DNA of 57,165 nt, the filler included, from Deltaproteobacteria bacterium (lineage in GTDB: Bacteria > CG2-30-53-67): NCBI GenBank assembly GCA_013151235.1. It is 4 parts of 4 records of this genome, joined end to end, with 100 filler letters (N's around TTAATTAATTAA, not from the genome) between each part and the next. Parts side by side here need not be neighbours in the genome. Positions count along the whole stretch, not along the records: positions 16,694 to 30,622 come from JAADIO010000047.1; positions 30,723 to 44,300 come from JAADIO010000065.1; 2 more parts are not named here. One strand, given 5' to 3'. The notes beneath the pieces are model-generated. The model ran no database searches, was not told where the DNA came from, and worked only from the letters and a program-made list of their open reading frames with translations. The translations under genes and the position numbers were made by a program. This document shows, one piece after another, positions 27,302 through 36,750 of this stretch; the first letter of the stretch is position 1; every line of letters starts with the position of its first letter.

Positions 27302-28786
27302 TTGTTGAGAACCTTAATTATTGCCGGGACATCGAGCGGGGCGGGAAAGACGACCGTGGCGCTGGGGCTGATGACCGCCTTTGCAAAACGGGGTTTGACC
27401 GTGGCCCCTTTCAAGGCCGGTCCCGACTATATCGATCCCCTTTTCCACCGGCGGGTTTGCGGGCGGCCGAGCTACAACCTCGACGGCTGGATGATGGGTA
27501 AGGAGGCGGTCCTGAAAACCTTCGGGCGGGTGGCCGCGGGAGCGGATATCGCCGTGATCGAAGGGGTAATGGGACTCTTCGACGGATATGACGCGGCAGG
27601 GGATGCCGGATCCACGGCCGAGATCGCGAAGTGGCTCGGCGCCCCGGTGATCCTCGTTGTAAATGCGGGATCAATGGCGCGGAGCGCCGCCGCCCTTGTC
27701 AGGGGGTTTGAAACCTTCGATGAAGAACTCTCCGTGGCCGGCGTGATCTTTAATAATACCGGCGGCGTCCGGCACAAAGAGTGGCTTTTCGACGCGGTGT
27801 GTTTGAACTGCCGGGCCGAACCGATCGGCGCTCTCAAACGGGATGGCGGGTTGGCCCTTCCCGAGCGTCACCTCGGGCTGACCACGGACGCGGCGGAGGC
27901 GCTGACCGATGACTGGGTCGGTGCCCTGGCGGTCCGAATGGAGCGTGAAGTCGATCTCGACCGTCTTATGGAACTGGCGGGGGAGAGCGATTCACTTCCT
28001 GCGCCGAAAACTTTTGTAACAGAAAAACGTTCCGTCCGGCTCGGCATCGCCCGGGACAAGGCCTTCTGTTTCTACTATGAAGAGAACCTTGATCTTCTCC
28101 GGTCGATGGGAGCCGAACTCGTTCCCTTCAGCCCGATTGCCGATGGCCGGCTTCCCGAAGGGATCGACGGTCTCTACCTTGGCGGAGGCTACCCCGAGGC
28201 GCATGCCGGGGCATTGAGCGCAAACCTGTCGCTTTTGGCGGAGATACGCGGAGCAGCGGAAGCCGGGCTTCCGGTTTATGGCGAGTGCGGCGGGATGATC
28301 TACCTTTCCAGCGGTCTTTATGACACGGAAGGAAACCGTTATCCCATGGCCGGGGTCTTCCCTTTCTACGTGAAGATGCTCGAGCGAAGGGAGGCATTAG
28401 GCTATGTGACGGTGAGGATCAGGGAAGAGAACCTTCTCGGTTCCGTCGGAGCGGTTTTTCGGGGTCACGAGTTCCACTATTCCAGGACCGTGGATGTGCC
28501 GGACGATCTTAAGATGACGGTTAAAATAACCCGGCGGACAGGTGACAAGGAGATCTCCGAGGGATACCAGGTAAACAATGTTTATGGGAGTTATCTCCAT
28601 CTTCACTTCGGGGCCTTCCCCCGGGTCGCGGAGCATATTGTCGGTGTCATGCGGAAATTCAAGGAGACAGGGTCAAAAACAATGAACCATGGGGAACACA
28701 GACCGTTACGGGGAGAACAAAATCAAAGATACAAAACATTTTACCATGAAGGGCAGGAAAAAAGAAAAGGCAAAAGCAAACCATAA
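27302..28786 (+). CDS. cbiA: Cobyrinate a,c-diamide synthase
   Basis: SGAGKTT, FKAGPDYIDP, EGVMGLFDG, GECGG, GHEFHYS and YLHLHF motifs; low-complexity C-terminal extension. Confidence 0.95.
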   Translation: MLRTLIIAGTSSGAGKTTVALGLMTAFAKRGLTVAPFKAGPDYIDPLFHRRVCGRPSYNLDGWMMGKEAVLKTFGRVAAGADIAVIEGVMGLFDGYDAAGDAGSTAEIAKWLGAPVILVVNAGSMARSAAALVRGFETFDEELSVAGVIFNNTGGVRHKEWLFDAVCLNCRAEPIGALKRDGGLALPERHLGLTTDAAEALTDDWVGALAVRMEREVDLDRLMELAGESDSLPAPKTFVTEKRSVRLGIARDKAFCFYYEENLDLLRSMGAELVPFSPIADGRLPEGIDGLYLGGGYPEAHAGALSANLSLLAEIRGAAEAGLPVYGECGGMIYLSSGLYDTEGNRYPMAGVFPFYVKMLERREALGYVTVRIREENLLGSVGAVFRGHEFHYSRTVDVPDDLKMTVKITRRTGDKEISEGYQVNNVYGSYLHLHFGAFPRVAEHIVGVMRKFKETGSKTMNHGEHRPLRGEQNQRYKTFYHEGQEKRKGKSKP

Positions 28787-28850
28787 ATCGGAACACGGGG
28801 ATCGACAGGGAACGCAAATAAAAGACCAACATGCGGAATCGAGAGCGGGA

Positions 28851-29090
28851 ATGAACGAGAAATATTTCATCCACGAAAGCTGTCGTTTTTATCCCTGTCA
28901 CGACTATGAAAATTTCCGTTCCTGCCTCTTCTGCTGGTGTCCGCTCTACCTCCTGGACTGCGGGGGAGATTATCGAATGACCCATGGCGTCAAGGATTGC
29001 TCCGGCTGTTTTCTTCCCCATGCGGAGGAGGGATACGACTATATTCTGCAACAGGTGAACCAACAAATTTACCACAAGAGCGGCTCATAA
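28851..29090 (+). CDS. Cysteine-rich small domain protein
   Basis: CRFYPCH..CLFCWCPLY..CGG..KDCSGCFLPH motif. Confidence 0.85.
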   Translation: MNEKYFIHESCRFYPCHDYENFRSCLFCWCPLYLLDCGGDYRMTHGVKDCSGCFLPHAEEGYDYILQQVNQQIYHKSGS

Positions 29091-29101
29091 AGGAGGTCAT
29101 C

Positions 29102-30409
29102 ATGGCAACTCAAATTGAAAAGGCACGGGACGGGATCGTCACTCCGGAGATCGAGGCGGTGGCACAGGCGGAGGAAATCGAGACGTCGATAATCCTCCGG
29201 CGGGTGGCGGAGGGGAAGATCGTCATCCCCTGCAACACGAATCATACGCACAACGTGGTGGGAATCGGGAAAGGGCTTCGAACCAAGATCAACGCCAGCA
29301 TCGGGACCTCCTCCGACATTGATGACGTAGAGTTGGAGGTCCGCAAGGCGAAGATTGCGGAGGAGACGGGCGCCGATACCTTGATGGAACTCTCGGCGGC
29401 TGGGGATTTCCGGAAGACCCGGAAGGCGGTGATCGATGCGGTCCGGCTTCCCGTCGGAACGGTTCCCCTCTACCAGGCCTTTGCGCAGGCCATGGACAAA
29501 TACGGCGCTGCCGAGAAGATGCCCGCCGAGATGATCTTCGACGTCATCGAGGAACAGTGCGAAGACGGCGTCTCCTTCATGGCGATCCACTGTGGGATCA
29601 ACCGCGTCACTCTGGAGCGGCTCCGGAAGCAGGGATACCGGTACGGCGGGATCGTTTCCAAGGGTGGGGCGCTCATGAATGCCTGGATGGTGAAAAACAA
29701 CCGGGAGAACCCCCTCTATGAACATTTCGACCGGGTGGTGGAGATCATGAAGAAGTACGATGCCGTCCTTTCCCTCGGGAATGGTTACAGGGCGGGGGCG
29801 ATCCACGACTCCTCCGACCGGGTCCAGATGCAGGAGCTGATCATCAACTGTGAACTGGCGGAGATCGGTCAGGAGATGGGCTGCCAGATGATGGTCGAAG
29901 GGCCGGGGCACATCCCCATCGATGAGATCGAGGCGAACGTGATCATCCAGAAACGGATGAGCAACGAGGCCCCCTTCTACGTCTTGGGCCCCCTGCCGAC
30001 GGATGTGACGCCGGGGTACGATCACATCACCGCTGCGGTGGGGGCCTCCCTCTCCTCGGCTTACGGCGCAGACTTCATCTGCTACGTCACCCCCGCCGAA
30101 CATCTGAGCCTCCCCATGCCGGAGGATGTCAGGGAAGGGGTGATGGCGGCAAAGGTCGCCGCCCACATCGGCGACATGGTCAAACTGAAAAAACGGGACC
30201 GGGACATGGCGATGGGAAAGGCCCGGCGGGATCTCGACTGGAAACGGCAGTTTGAACTTGCCATCACCGGCGACCGTCCCCGGCAGATCCGGGCCGAACG
30301 GCAGCCGGAGTGCGAGGAGTCCTGCACCATGTGCGGGAAGTTCTGCGCCAGCCATGTGGTGAATGAGTATTTCAAGGATGATCTGTTGCAGGGGAAAAAA
30401 GCTCAGTAG
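29102..30409 (+). CDS. bzaF: ThiC-family radical SAM enzyme, probably 5-hydroxybenzimidazole synthase BzaF
   Basis: ThiC fold (RTKINASIGTS, EGPGH, GYDHI, CYVTPAEHL, CTMCGKFC); SKGG rather than SRGG, preceded by QGYRYGG; last gene of a B12-riboswitch operon; RBS AGGAGG. Confidence 0.8.
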   Translation: MATQIEKARDGIVTPEIEAVAQAEEIETSIILRRVAEGKIVIPCNTNHTHNVVGIGKGLRTKINASIGTSSDIDDVELEVRKAKIAEETGADTLMELSAAGDFRKTRKAVIDAVRLPVGTVPLYQAFAQAMDKYGAAEKMPAEMIFDVIEEQCEDGVSFMAIHCGINRVTLERLRKQGYRYGGIVSKGGALMNAWMVKNNRENPLYEHFDRVVEIMKKYDAVLSLGNGYRAGAIHDSSDRVQMQELIINCELAEIGQEMGCQMMVEGPGHIPIDEIEANVIIQKRMSNEAPFYVLGPLPTDVTPGYDHITAAVGASLSSAYGADFICYVTPAEHLSLPMPEDVREGVMAAKVAAHIGDMVKLKKRDRDMAMGKARRDLDWKRQFELAITGDRPRQIRAERQPECEESCTMCGKFCASHVVNEYFKDDLLQGKKAQ

Positions 30410-30505
30410 ACCAGGCACAAAGGCACAAAGACAAAATCGGAAACCGGTCTCTCGCAAAGAACGCAGTGGGACGTGACTTCTCTTGTTCTTCATCTTTATA
30501 ATCTT

Positions 30506-30622
30506 GATGAAGTCGTAAAAAGTCGTTTTCCGGATTCCGTTCATGGTTCGACAGGCTCACCACGAACGGTCCATTAAACTTGCCGAACCACACGAACGGA
30601 ATATCAATCACTTACACCGTTC
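30506..30622. repeat. MITE/REP-like element, truncated by the contig end
   Basis: GATGAAGTCGTAAAAAGTC...; nearly identical to the first part of 56937-57135. Confidence 0.85.
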
Positions 30623-30722
30623 NNNNNNNNNNNNNNNNNNNNNNNNNNNNNNNNNNNNNNNNNNNNTTAATTAATTAANNNNNNNNNNNNNNNNNNNNNN
30701 NNNNNNNNNNNNNNNNNNNNNN
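30623..30722. other. Artificial scaffold linker
   Basis: N-run with TTAATTAATTAA. Confidence 0.97.
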
Positions 30723-30799
30723 GCCGGGGTTAATAATTTCCAGCATAACCCACGTTGGCAAGGGGCAGGCACTTTTTTGCCAACTGTCAGCCATTATGT

Positions 30800-30939
30800 C
30801 TCAGGACAGGCCCGCTCAGGGCGAACGGTGTAAGTGATTGATATTCCGTTCGTGTGGTTCGTAAAATTTAATGGACCGTTCGTGGTGAGCCTGTCGAACC
30901 ATGAACGGAATCCGGAAAACGACTTTTTACGACTTCATC
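30800..30939. repeat. MITE/REP-like element, partial (one TIR)
   Basis: CTCAGGGCGAACGG...GACTTTTTACGACTTCATC; its end supplies the stop codon of the GT9 gene. Confidence 0.85.
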
Positions 30940-32023
30940 AATGTTTTCCGTGGTAAGTTGCTTTTGATTTTTTCTCACCCTCCATGCCGTCGCCAAGCAT
31001 GGAAACAGCCGCCCGAAAGACATCATCCACCTGGATCTCCGCCATGCAGGCCGTCGTCCCCTCAGGACAGTCCCTCTTCAGACAAGACGAACAGGGAATG
31101 CCGGATCGGATCACGCGATGGTCCTCTCCATAAGGACCGGTCCGGACCGGGTCGGTGGGGCCGAAGAGGGCCACGACCTTCGTCCCCATGGCTGCGGCCA
31201 GGTGCATGGGACCGGAATCGCAGGTCACCATCAGATCGGCACGCTTCAGAAGAGCCGCCAGTTGCAGCAAAGAGGTCCGGCCGGCAAGATTCACCACCCG
31301 CCCCTTCACCTGTGACACGATACCGGCCACCCCGGAAGCATCGCCCGGTGAACCGACAAGGACCACGACAGCACCGAGGGACTGTACCAACCGGTCGGCC
31401 AGCTCGGCGAAACGCTCCGACAGCCATTTCTTGGTCTCCCACCGGGCGTTGGGGTTGAGTACCACGAGGGGAACACCGGATTTGGCGCCTTCCGCGGCAA
31501 GGAGTTCTCCCACCAAGGCTTCCACCTCCGGAGAGATCCGAAGACCGGGACCGGCGAGGGGGCCATCTATCCCGATCGCTTTCAGAACAAGGCCGTAGCG
31601 GTCCACGGCATGGATCGCTTCCTCCGGTACCGCGACCCTGCGATGATAAAAGAAAGGGGCGCCTTCCCGCGCGTTGGCAAAGCCTGTCCGCTCCGCCGCC
31701 CCGGAGAGGAAGGCGATCAGCGCACTCCTGAAAAGCCCCTGAAGGTCCAGGGCAACATCGTACCGTTCCCGGCGCAACGACCGGACCAGCCCGGCCGCTT
31801 CGGAAGCGGTCCTCAGGGAACGTGACCACTTCGACCACCGGTTCCGTTCAAAGAGGAAGACCCTGCGCACGGCGGGATGGGCCTGCACGAGTTCCGCATA
31901 CTCGGGACGTACCACCCAGTCTATGACGGCGCCCGGGACGTGCGCGGAAATAGAGGAGACCACGGGAAAGGCGTGAATCACATCGCCTAAGGAGCTTGGC
32001 TTGAGGATGAGAAACTTCTTCAT
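30938..32023 (-). CDS. Lipopolysaccharide heptosyltransferase (GT9, WaaC/WaaF-like)
   Basis: KPSSLGDVIH, DLQGLFRS, DSGPMHLAAA and LFGPT motifs. Confidence 0.92.
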   Translation of the reverse strand: MKKFLILKPSSLGDVIHAFPVVSSISAHVPGAVIDWVVRPEYAELVQAHPAVRRVFLFERNRWSKWSRSLRTASEAAGLVRSLRRERYDVALDLQGLFRSALIAFLSGAAERTGFANAREGAPFFYHRRVAVPEEAIHAVDRYGLVLKAIGIDGPLAGPGLRISPEVEALVGELLAAEGAKSGVPLVVLNPNARWETKKWLSERFAELADRLVQSLGAVVVLVGSPGDASGVAGIVSQVKGRVVNLAGRTSLLQLAALLKRADLMVTCDSGPMHLAAAMGTKVVALFGPTDPVRTGPYGEDHRVIRSGIPCSSCLKRDCPEGTTACMAEIQVDDVFRAAVSMLGDGMEGEKKSKATYHGKH

Positions 32024-32036
32024 AACAACACGGTCA

Positions 32037-32798
32037 TCACTGATTCTCCCCCAGGTTCTTCCGGATCAGAGAAGACCAGTCTTGTTTTCGATAAACTCCC
32101 CGCGATTTGACACCGACATAGATATCCCACAGCGACCCGAAATCGATCATCCAGTGATCCCGGCAGATCAGAGGATAAAGGTCATGAATCAGGACATTCG
32201 CTGTCATGGAAGCAGACAAGGCAAAAACCATATGGGAACGTTTCCGGGCAACTTCCAGCATCTGCTCCTTAATCGAGTCTACCTCCAGGAAACAGTTTTC
32301 CGGAGGAATTTCAATATATTCCACGTACGGAAAAACATCTTCGTTGAGATGCCTCAGATGTTCCGCTCCCACGACAACAACATCCATCTTCCTCAACTGC
32401 TCAATCAACGGAAAGAGGTCTCCCGCAAGATTGGCATCATGAAAGACATCGGCATCATGCCAGGCAAATTGAACTCCCTGATGCCGGATGAATCGGGCAA
32501 TCGCCCGCCCATCGAGATCCATCGCCTTGGATTGAAAAGCGTAGTAATATTGCATCGGGTCAAGAATCGCTTTCCGTAGCCGCTCTCCCAATTCCGGAAA
32601 ATAGACATGACCGTCACAGTTGGCCCCACTACGACCGAGAATGGCACTCCACTCCCCGTCGCCGAAGCGGGAAAATGAAAAGAGGCGTTTTTCCCGCAAA
32701 ACCTCTACATAGCACTCTAATCCGGCACGAGACAAAGAAAGTACTCGAGACAGGACAAAACTATTTATACTCTTTCGTAAAGCCCTACGAAATGACAT
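32037..32798 (-). CDS. Putative GT-D fold (DUF1792-like) glycosyltransferase, paralog 1
   Basis: FSFSRFGDGE and IDFGSLWD motifs in LPS operon context. Confidence 0.6.
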   Translation of the reverse strand: MSFRRALRKSINSFVLSRVLSLSRAGLECYVEVLREKRLFSFSRFGDGEWSAILGRSGANCDGHVYFPELGERLRKAILDPMQYYYAFQSKAMDLDGRAIARFIRHQGVQFAWHDADVFHDANLAGDLFPLIEQLRKMDVVVVGAEHLRHLNEDVFPYVEYIEIPPENCFLEVDSIKEQMLEVARKRSHMVFALSASMTANVLIHDLYPLICRDHWMIDFGSLWDIYVGVKSRGVYRKQDWSSLIRKNLGENQ

Positions 32799-32921
32799 TG
32801 GACAACCTTTTTTGTTCCAACCGACCGGGCAGCCGTTCAGTTGACAAAGCAATAAATAACACCAGGCAATGTCCTCCCGGCCTGATAACCTGCAAAACAG
32901 GCATTACCGCGAACTAACCAC

Positions 32922-33680
32922 TCATGAAACACCGAGATTATTGTCAATAATGCTACCCCAGTCCAGTCTTGTATGATATCCTCGAGATTTAACACCCACA
33001 AAAATATCCCATAATGACCCGAAATCTATAAGCCAATGATCATGACCGATTGTCGGGAACAGATCATAAATCATGACATTGCTTGCCATAGATGCAGAGA
33101 AGGCAATGACCATCTTTCCCTGTTTTTCTGCATATCGAAGAATTTCTTCTTCGACTTCATTTACTTTCAGAAAACAATTTTTCGAGGGTACTTCTATAAA
33201 ATGACAATAGGGAAATAGTATTCTATTTACTTTTCTTAAATGATTGGGACCAACGAACAAAACATCCATTGTGCGCAACTGCTGAATCAGCGGATAAAGT
33301 TTGCCCTGCATACATGCACGATGAAAAACATCACAATCATGCCATATCAAATTGATACAATTCCGTTTCAGATATCCGGCAATCGCCGGACCATCGTGGG
33401 TCATGCATTGAGCACCAAGACTATAAAAGTAATTATAAGGGAGCAATAGCGACCGCCGTAATCTCTCGCCCAATTCAGGGAAATAGGTATGGCCATCACT
33501 GTTTTTTCCATCCCTCCCCCAAATGGCATTCCACTCTCCATCGCCATATCTTGAGAAAGAAAAAACTTTTCCCGTCTTCATTTTATCAAGATAATACTCT
33601 AACGGGTATTCGCGCACAGCAACCCGCCATAGAAAATACTTTCTGTTAACCCATTTATTTAGCGCCCTGCGTAGTGACAT
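32922..33680 (-). CDS. Putative GT-D fold (DUF1792-like) glycosyltransferase, paralog 2
   Basis: FSFSRYGDGE and IDFGSLWD; colinear with paralog 1; more AT-rich. Confidence 0.6.
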   Translation of the reverse strand: MSLRRALNKWVNRKYFLWRVAVREYPLEYYLDKMKTGKVFSFSRYGDGEWNAIWGRDGKNSDGHTYFPELGERLRRSLLLPYNYFYSLGAQCMTHDGPAIAGYLKRNCINLIWHDCDVFHRACMQGKLYPLIQQLRTMDVLFVGPNHLRKVNRILFPYCHFIEVPSKNCFLKVNEVEEEILRYAEKQGKMVIAFSASMASNVMIYDLFPTIGHDHWLIDFGSLWDIFVGVKSRGYHTRLDWGSIIDNNLGVS

Positions 33681-33725
33681 CTTGTCTATCGCCTCTTGCA
33701 AGGTGATTCACCGAAAAGGTTTCGG

Positions 33726-34985
33726 TCAGGAGAAAGTAATGGACTCCTTTTGCCTGAGTAACCCGACAATCCCGAAGAGTAACCCGGAAAAAAACCAAAA
33801 CAGAAAACCATAATAACGACTCAACAAACCCACATTAACACTTGCCGAAACAAATAAGGCAATTTCGGTCCCCACAAGTACATGAATCAGCTCACTCTTC
33901 CGGGCATAAGGCAGCAAAGACATGACATAAACATATAACAAATAAAGAAACGACAGCAATGCAAAGATCCCGGAAGCCTGCCAGATCTCCAGAAGAACAA
34001 AATGCGGAAAATGGTTTTCTTCGGGTTGCAGGTTATGTTTCTTTGCATAACCTTTTGAGGCCTCAAAGAATGTATGGATCCCATAGCCAAGAACGGGCCG
34101 TTCCCTGATCATCCCCCATGTTCTTTTCCACGTCCCCATCCGGTCATGTACCCCCCCGGACAATGCCAATTCAGAAAAGCGGCCGGTAACCGGATGATAA
34201 AAATTAACAAGCGGGAAAATGATTAACAAAGCACCGCATATCAGCAGAAGATATTTTAATCTCTTCTGAACCACAGCAACATATACAAAGAACACTATAC
34301 CCCCGAGCATTGAAGAACGGTTACCCGTAAGAACCAGCGAGGAAACAAGAAGAAATAGCGCAAGCAAAGCGGAAAACTTCCCGTACGAAGATAAATTACA
34401 AACCCAGAAAAATGCCATCGGGATCACCGCCACCAGGAACAACCCGAACAGGTTTATATTCTCGAACGTAGCACTTGGACGGCCAAGGTGCATCACATGC
34501 GGCATCCAGGACGGCAAATAATGCGCCGCCTGCAGGAAGGAATAAACCGAGAGGACGGAACCGACAATCACCAAGTAAATTGAAATCCGCTGAAAGAAAT
34601 TACGCCGTCTGGACATCATATCCACCAGGACACAATATAACAGGATGGAATAAACGATTTTTTTTCCCTCCATCCAGGTATCATGGACCCCTATCCGGAT
34701 AATAGACGGCAGAAAGAGACTCAGGGCAAAGACAGCGATTGCCATATTAATCGGTGTGTGCGAAAGAAGAGGTTCACGACTGGAAAACTTGTAACAACCA
34801 TAGAAGAAAAATATCCACACAAAAAGGGAGTTGAAATGCCGCATTCCGAATGCAAAAGAAGTCAACAAAATAAAAATTGAAACCTCCGCCAGAAGATCCC
34901 AGGTAAAAGTTAACTTCGTAGCACGCTGTAACACGTATCCCCTTTCAGATACAGACCGCCTGAATGCCTCAGCATTACCGTTCAC
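33726..34985 (-). CDS. O-antigen ligase family membrane protein
   Basis: Many TM segments, RPSATFENIN, LTGNRSS, R..W..ERPVLGYG and HFPH motifs. Confidence 0.85.
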   Translation of the reverse strand: MNGNAEAFRRSVSERGYVLQRATKLTFTWDLLAEVSIFILLTSFAFGMRHFNSLFVWIFFFYGCYKFSSREPLLSHTPINMAIAVFALSLFLPSIIRIGVHDTWMEGKKIVYSILLYCVLVDMMSRRRNFFQRISIYLVIVGSVLSVYSFLQAAHYLPSWMPHVMHLGRPSATFENINLFGLFLVAVIPMAFFWVCNLSSYGKFSALLALFLLVSSLVLTGNRSSMLGGIVFFVYVAVVQKRLKYLLLICGALLIIFPLVNFYHPVTGRFSELALSGGVHDRMGTWKRTWGMIRERPVLGYGIHTFFEASKGYAKKHNLQPEENHFPHFVLLEIWQASGIFALLSFLYLLYVYVMSLLPYARKSELIHVLVGTEIALFVSASVNVGLLSRYYGFLFWFFSGLLFGIVGLLRQKESITFS

Positions 34986-35979
34986 ACCCGCAAAGATCCA
35001 TCAAAGCCCCATACAATATAGGAAAGTTCGCCTGAACGGAATAGAATTCTTCTACACGCATTCGTCCTGCCCGGCCCATTCTTATCCTCACCTCCGGATA
35101 TTCCAGCAAGTAAAAAAGTTTGTTTAACCAATCCTGATGCGTTTCCGCATGCAAACCGTCCACGCCATCACGTACGATTTCCGCATTCGCACCGACAGGG
35201 GAACAGATCACGGGCATCCCGGCAGCCATATATTGTACAATCTTCGTCGCACTTTTTCCCCGGGTCCACCGGTTATCCGGAAGGGGAGCCAGGCCGATAT
35301 CCAATTCCATAAGATCGTGGACCTCCGTATCAAGGCCCCAAATCTTTTTGATCACAGGGAGTCCTTCAAGATCAAAGAAAGTATCACAAATAATATGCAG
35401 TTCAAGTGGAATTCCGGATTGTCCAAGCTCAAGAAAGACCGGCTTCAAGGCTTCAAGATAAGGAAGATTACTCCTGGATCCGATCCAGCCGATTTTGATG
35501 GAGAAATCTTCCGGGGCACGGGGGATCTCTTTTCGCACCGGATAGCGCGCAAGATCAACGCAGGTCGGAACCCGGACAGCCGGCGCACCGAGATCATGCA
35601 CGATCTTCTCAAGGTAGGCATTCCCGGCAAAGACAAGATCGCACTCTTTCACCGTCCGTTCGAAGTTAGACCGGCGCCGCTTCCGCTTCCGGAAGGAATC
35701 ATCCAATTTTTCCATGACGGCATCGTCCACATCGAAGATCAGACGATTTGCTTTTTCCCGCAGGAGGGCAAAATCCCGGTCACCGAAGAGGCGTTTTTGG
35801 ATAAGGACCACATCATACTGATCCATCGCTGCGAATAAACGTCGTTTGGCCCACATTCCGCGGGGAACATCAAAGACCCGTGCATCGACCTCCGAATCAC
35901 GGAAGAACGGAAGATACTGCAGAATCCGATAACGAGTCCGGGCGGCGTCCACCCCTTGTACCAGAAAAGCAATTCTCAT
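34975..35979 (-). CDS. Glycosyltransferase family 4
   Basis: TRYRI, IFDVDDA, IGWIGS and KIVQYMAAGMPVICSPVG motifs. Confidence 0.9.
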   Translation of the reverse strand: MRIAFLVQGVDAARTRYRILQYLPFFRDSEVDARVFDVPRGMWAKRRLFAAMDQYDVVLIQKRLFGDRDFALLREKANRLIFDVDDAVMEKLDDSFRKRKRRRSNFERTVKECDLVFAGNAYLEKIVHDLGAPAVRVPTCVDLARYPVRKEIPRAPEDFSIKIGWIGSRSNLPYLEALKPVFLELGQSGIPLELHIICDTFFDLEGLPVIKKIWGLDTEVHDLMELDIGLAPLPDNRWTRGKSATKIVQYMAAGMPVICSPVGANAEIVRDGVDGLHAETHQDWLNKLFYLLEYPEVRIRMGRAGRMRVEEFYSVQANFPILYGALMDLCGCER

Positions 35980-36072
35980 TGGCCAGCTACACGATGCTCT
36001 TCACCAGCCGTACCAAAATCACCATTTACAACTCCTTCCTTCAGGATCATTAGTAAAATACTTCCGGTGAAC

Positions 36073-36750
36073 TCAAATAAGCCTCCATGAATCCCGTTCA
36101 TAATTGAACATCTGGAAATCTATCCAATAGTTGTTGTAAATAATATCGGCCATTTCCTTGGTATATATTTTTTTTTCTCTTCCGGAGGTTTGATTCCGAA
36201 CAGGAAGTTCCATCAATTGTTTACAATAAGGGTTAATGTCTTGAATTCGCATCCAATCTTCATTGATTTTCTCAAACTTCCCGACATAATCGATAATAAT
36301 TTTCATTCTTCTATTACAGATATATGAAGCCTGCGCCCGAAAATGTTTTTTGTCAATTTTCTTTGATTTACGAAAGGACGAAACAAACGTTTCGAACGTC
36401 TCATATGTTTGGATCATCTCTTTGACCCTCTTGTTGCCCCTTTTTGGATTGTTTTTATAAAAGTTATAACTACTATAAATTCTGTCATACGGATTCCTTA
36501 CAAAACAAAAACTGAAAAACCGGTCCAAACCTATAATCGCTGAAGCAGGTGTATGATTCTTCCAGTTTTTCTCATCCACAAGTCCGCTGCTCCGCACTGA
36601 GATCCCTGCCGTTTTCGGGATATGTATATAAAGAAAGGGCTTTGCTTCCAGATTAGATTTCTTCGATTGGACCTGATTTTCATAATTCGATATAAAGCTA
36701 CGGAAAATTTTTTGAAAAAACCAAGGAAAAAGATTAGATTTTGTGTTCAC
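36073..36750 (-). CDS. Sulfotransferase family 2 protein
   Basis: 5'-PSB HIPKTAG, 3'-PB FVRNPYDRIYSSY, HFRAQ and YVGKFE motifs; AT-rich. Confidence 0.88.
   Translation of the reverse strand: MNTKSNLFPWFFQKIFRSFISNYENQVQSKKSNLEAKPFLYIHIPKTAGISVRSSGLVDEKNWKNHTPASAIIGLDRFFSFCFVRNPYDRIYSSYNFYKNNPKRGNKRVKEMIQTYETFETFVSSFRKSKKIDKKHFRAQASYICNRRMKIIIDYVGKFEKINEDWMRIQDINPYCKQLMELPVRNQTSGREKKIYTKEMADIIYNNYWIDFQMFNYERDSWRLI

Noticed and set aside
29102-30409. Annotation as thiamine biosynthesis thiC
   Set aside because: The cobalamin riboswitch/cob operon context, SKGG motif and lack of a TPP riboswitch or thi genes favour bzaF.
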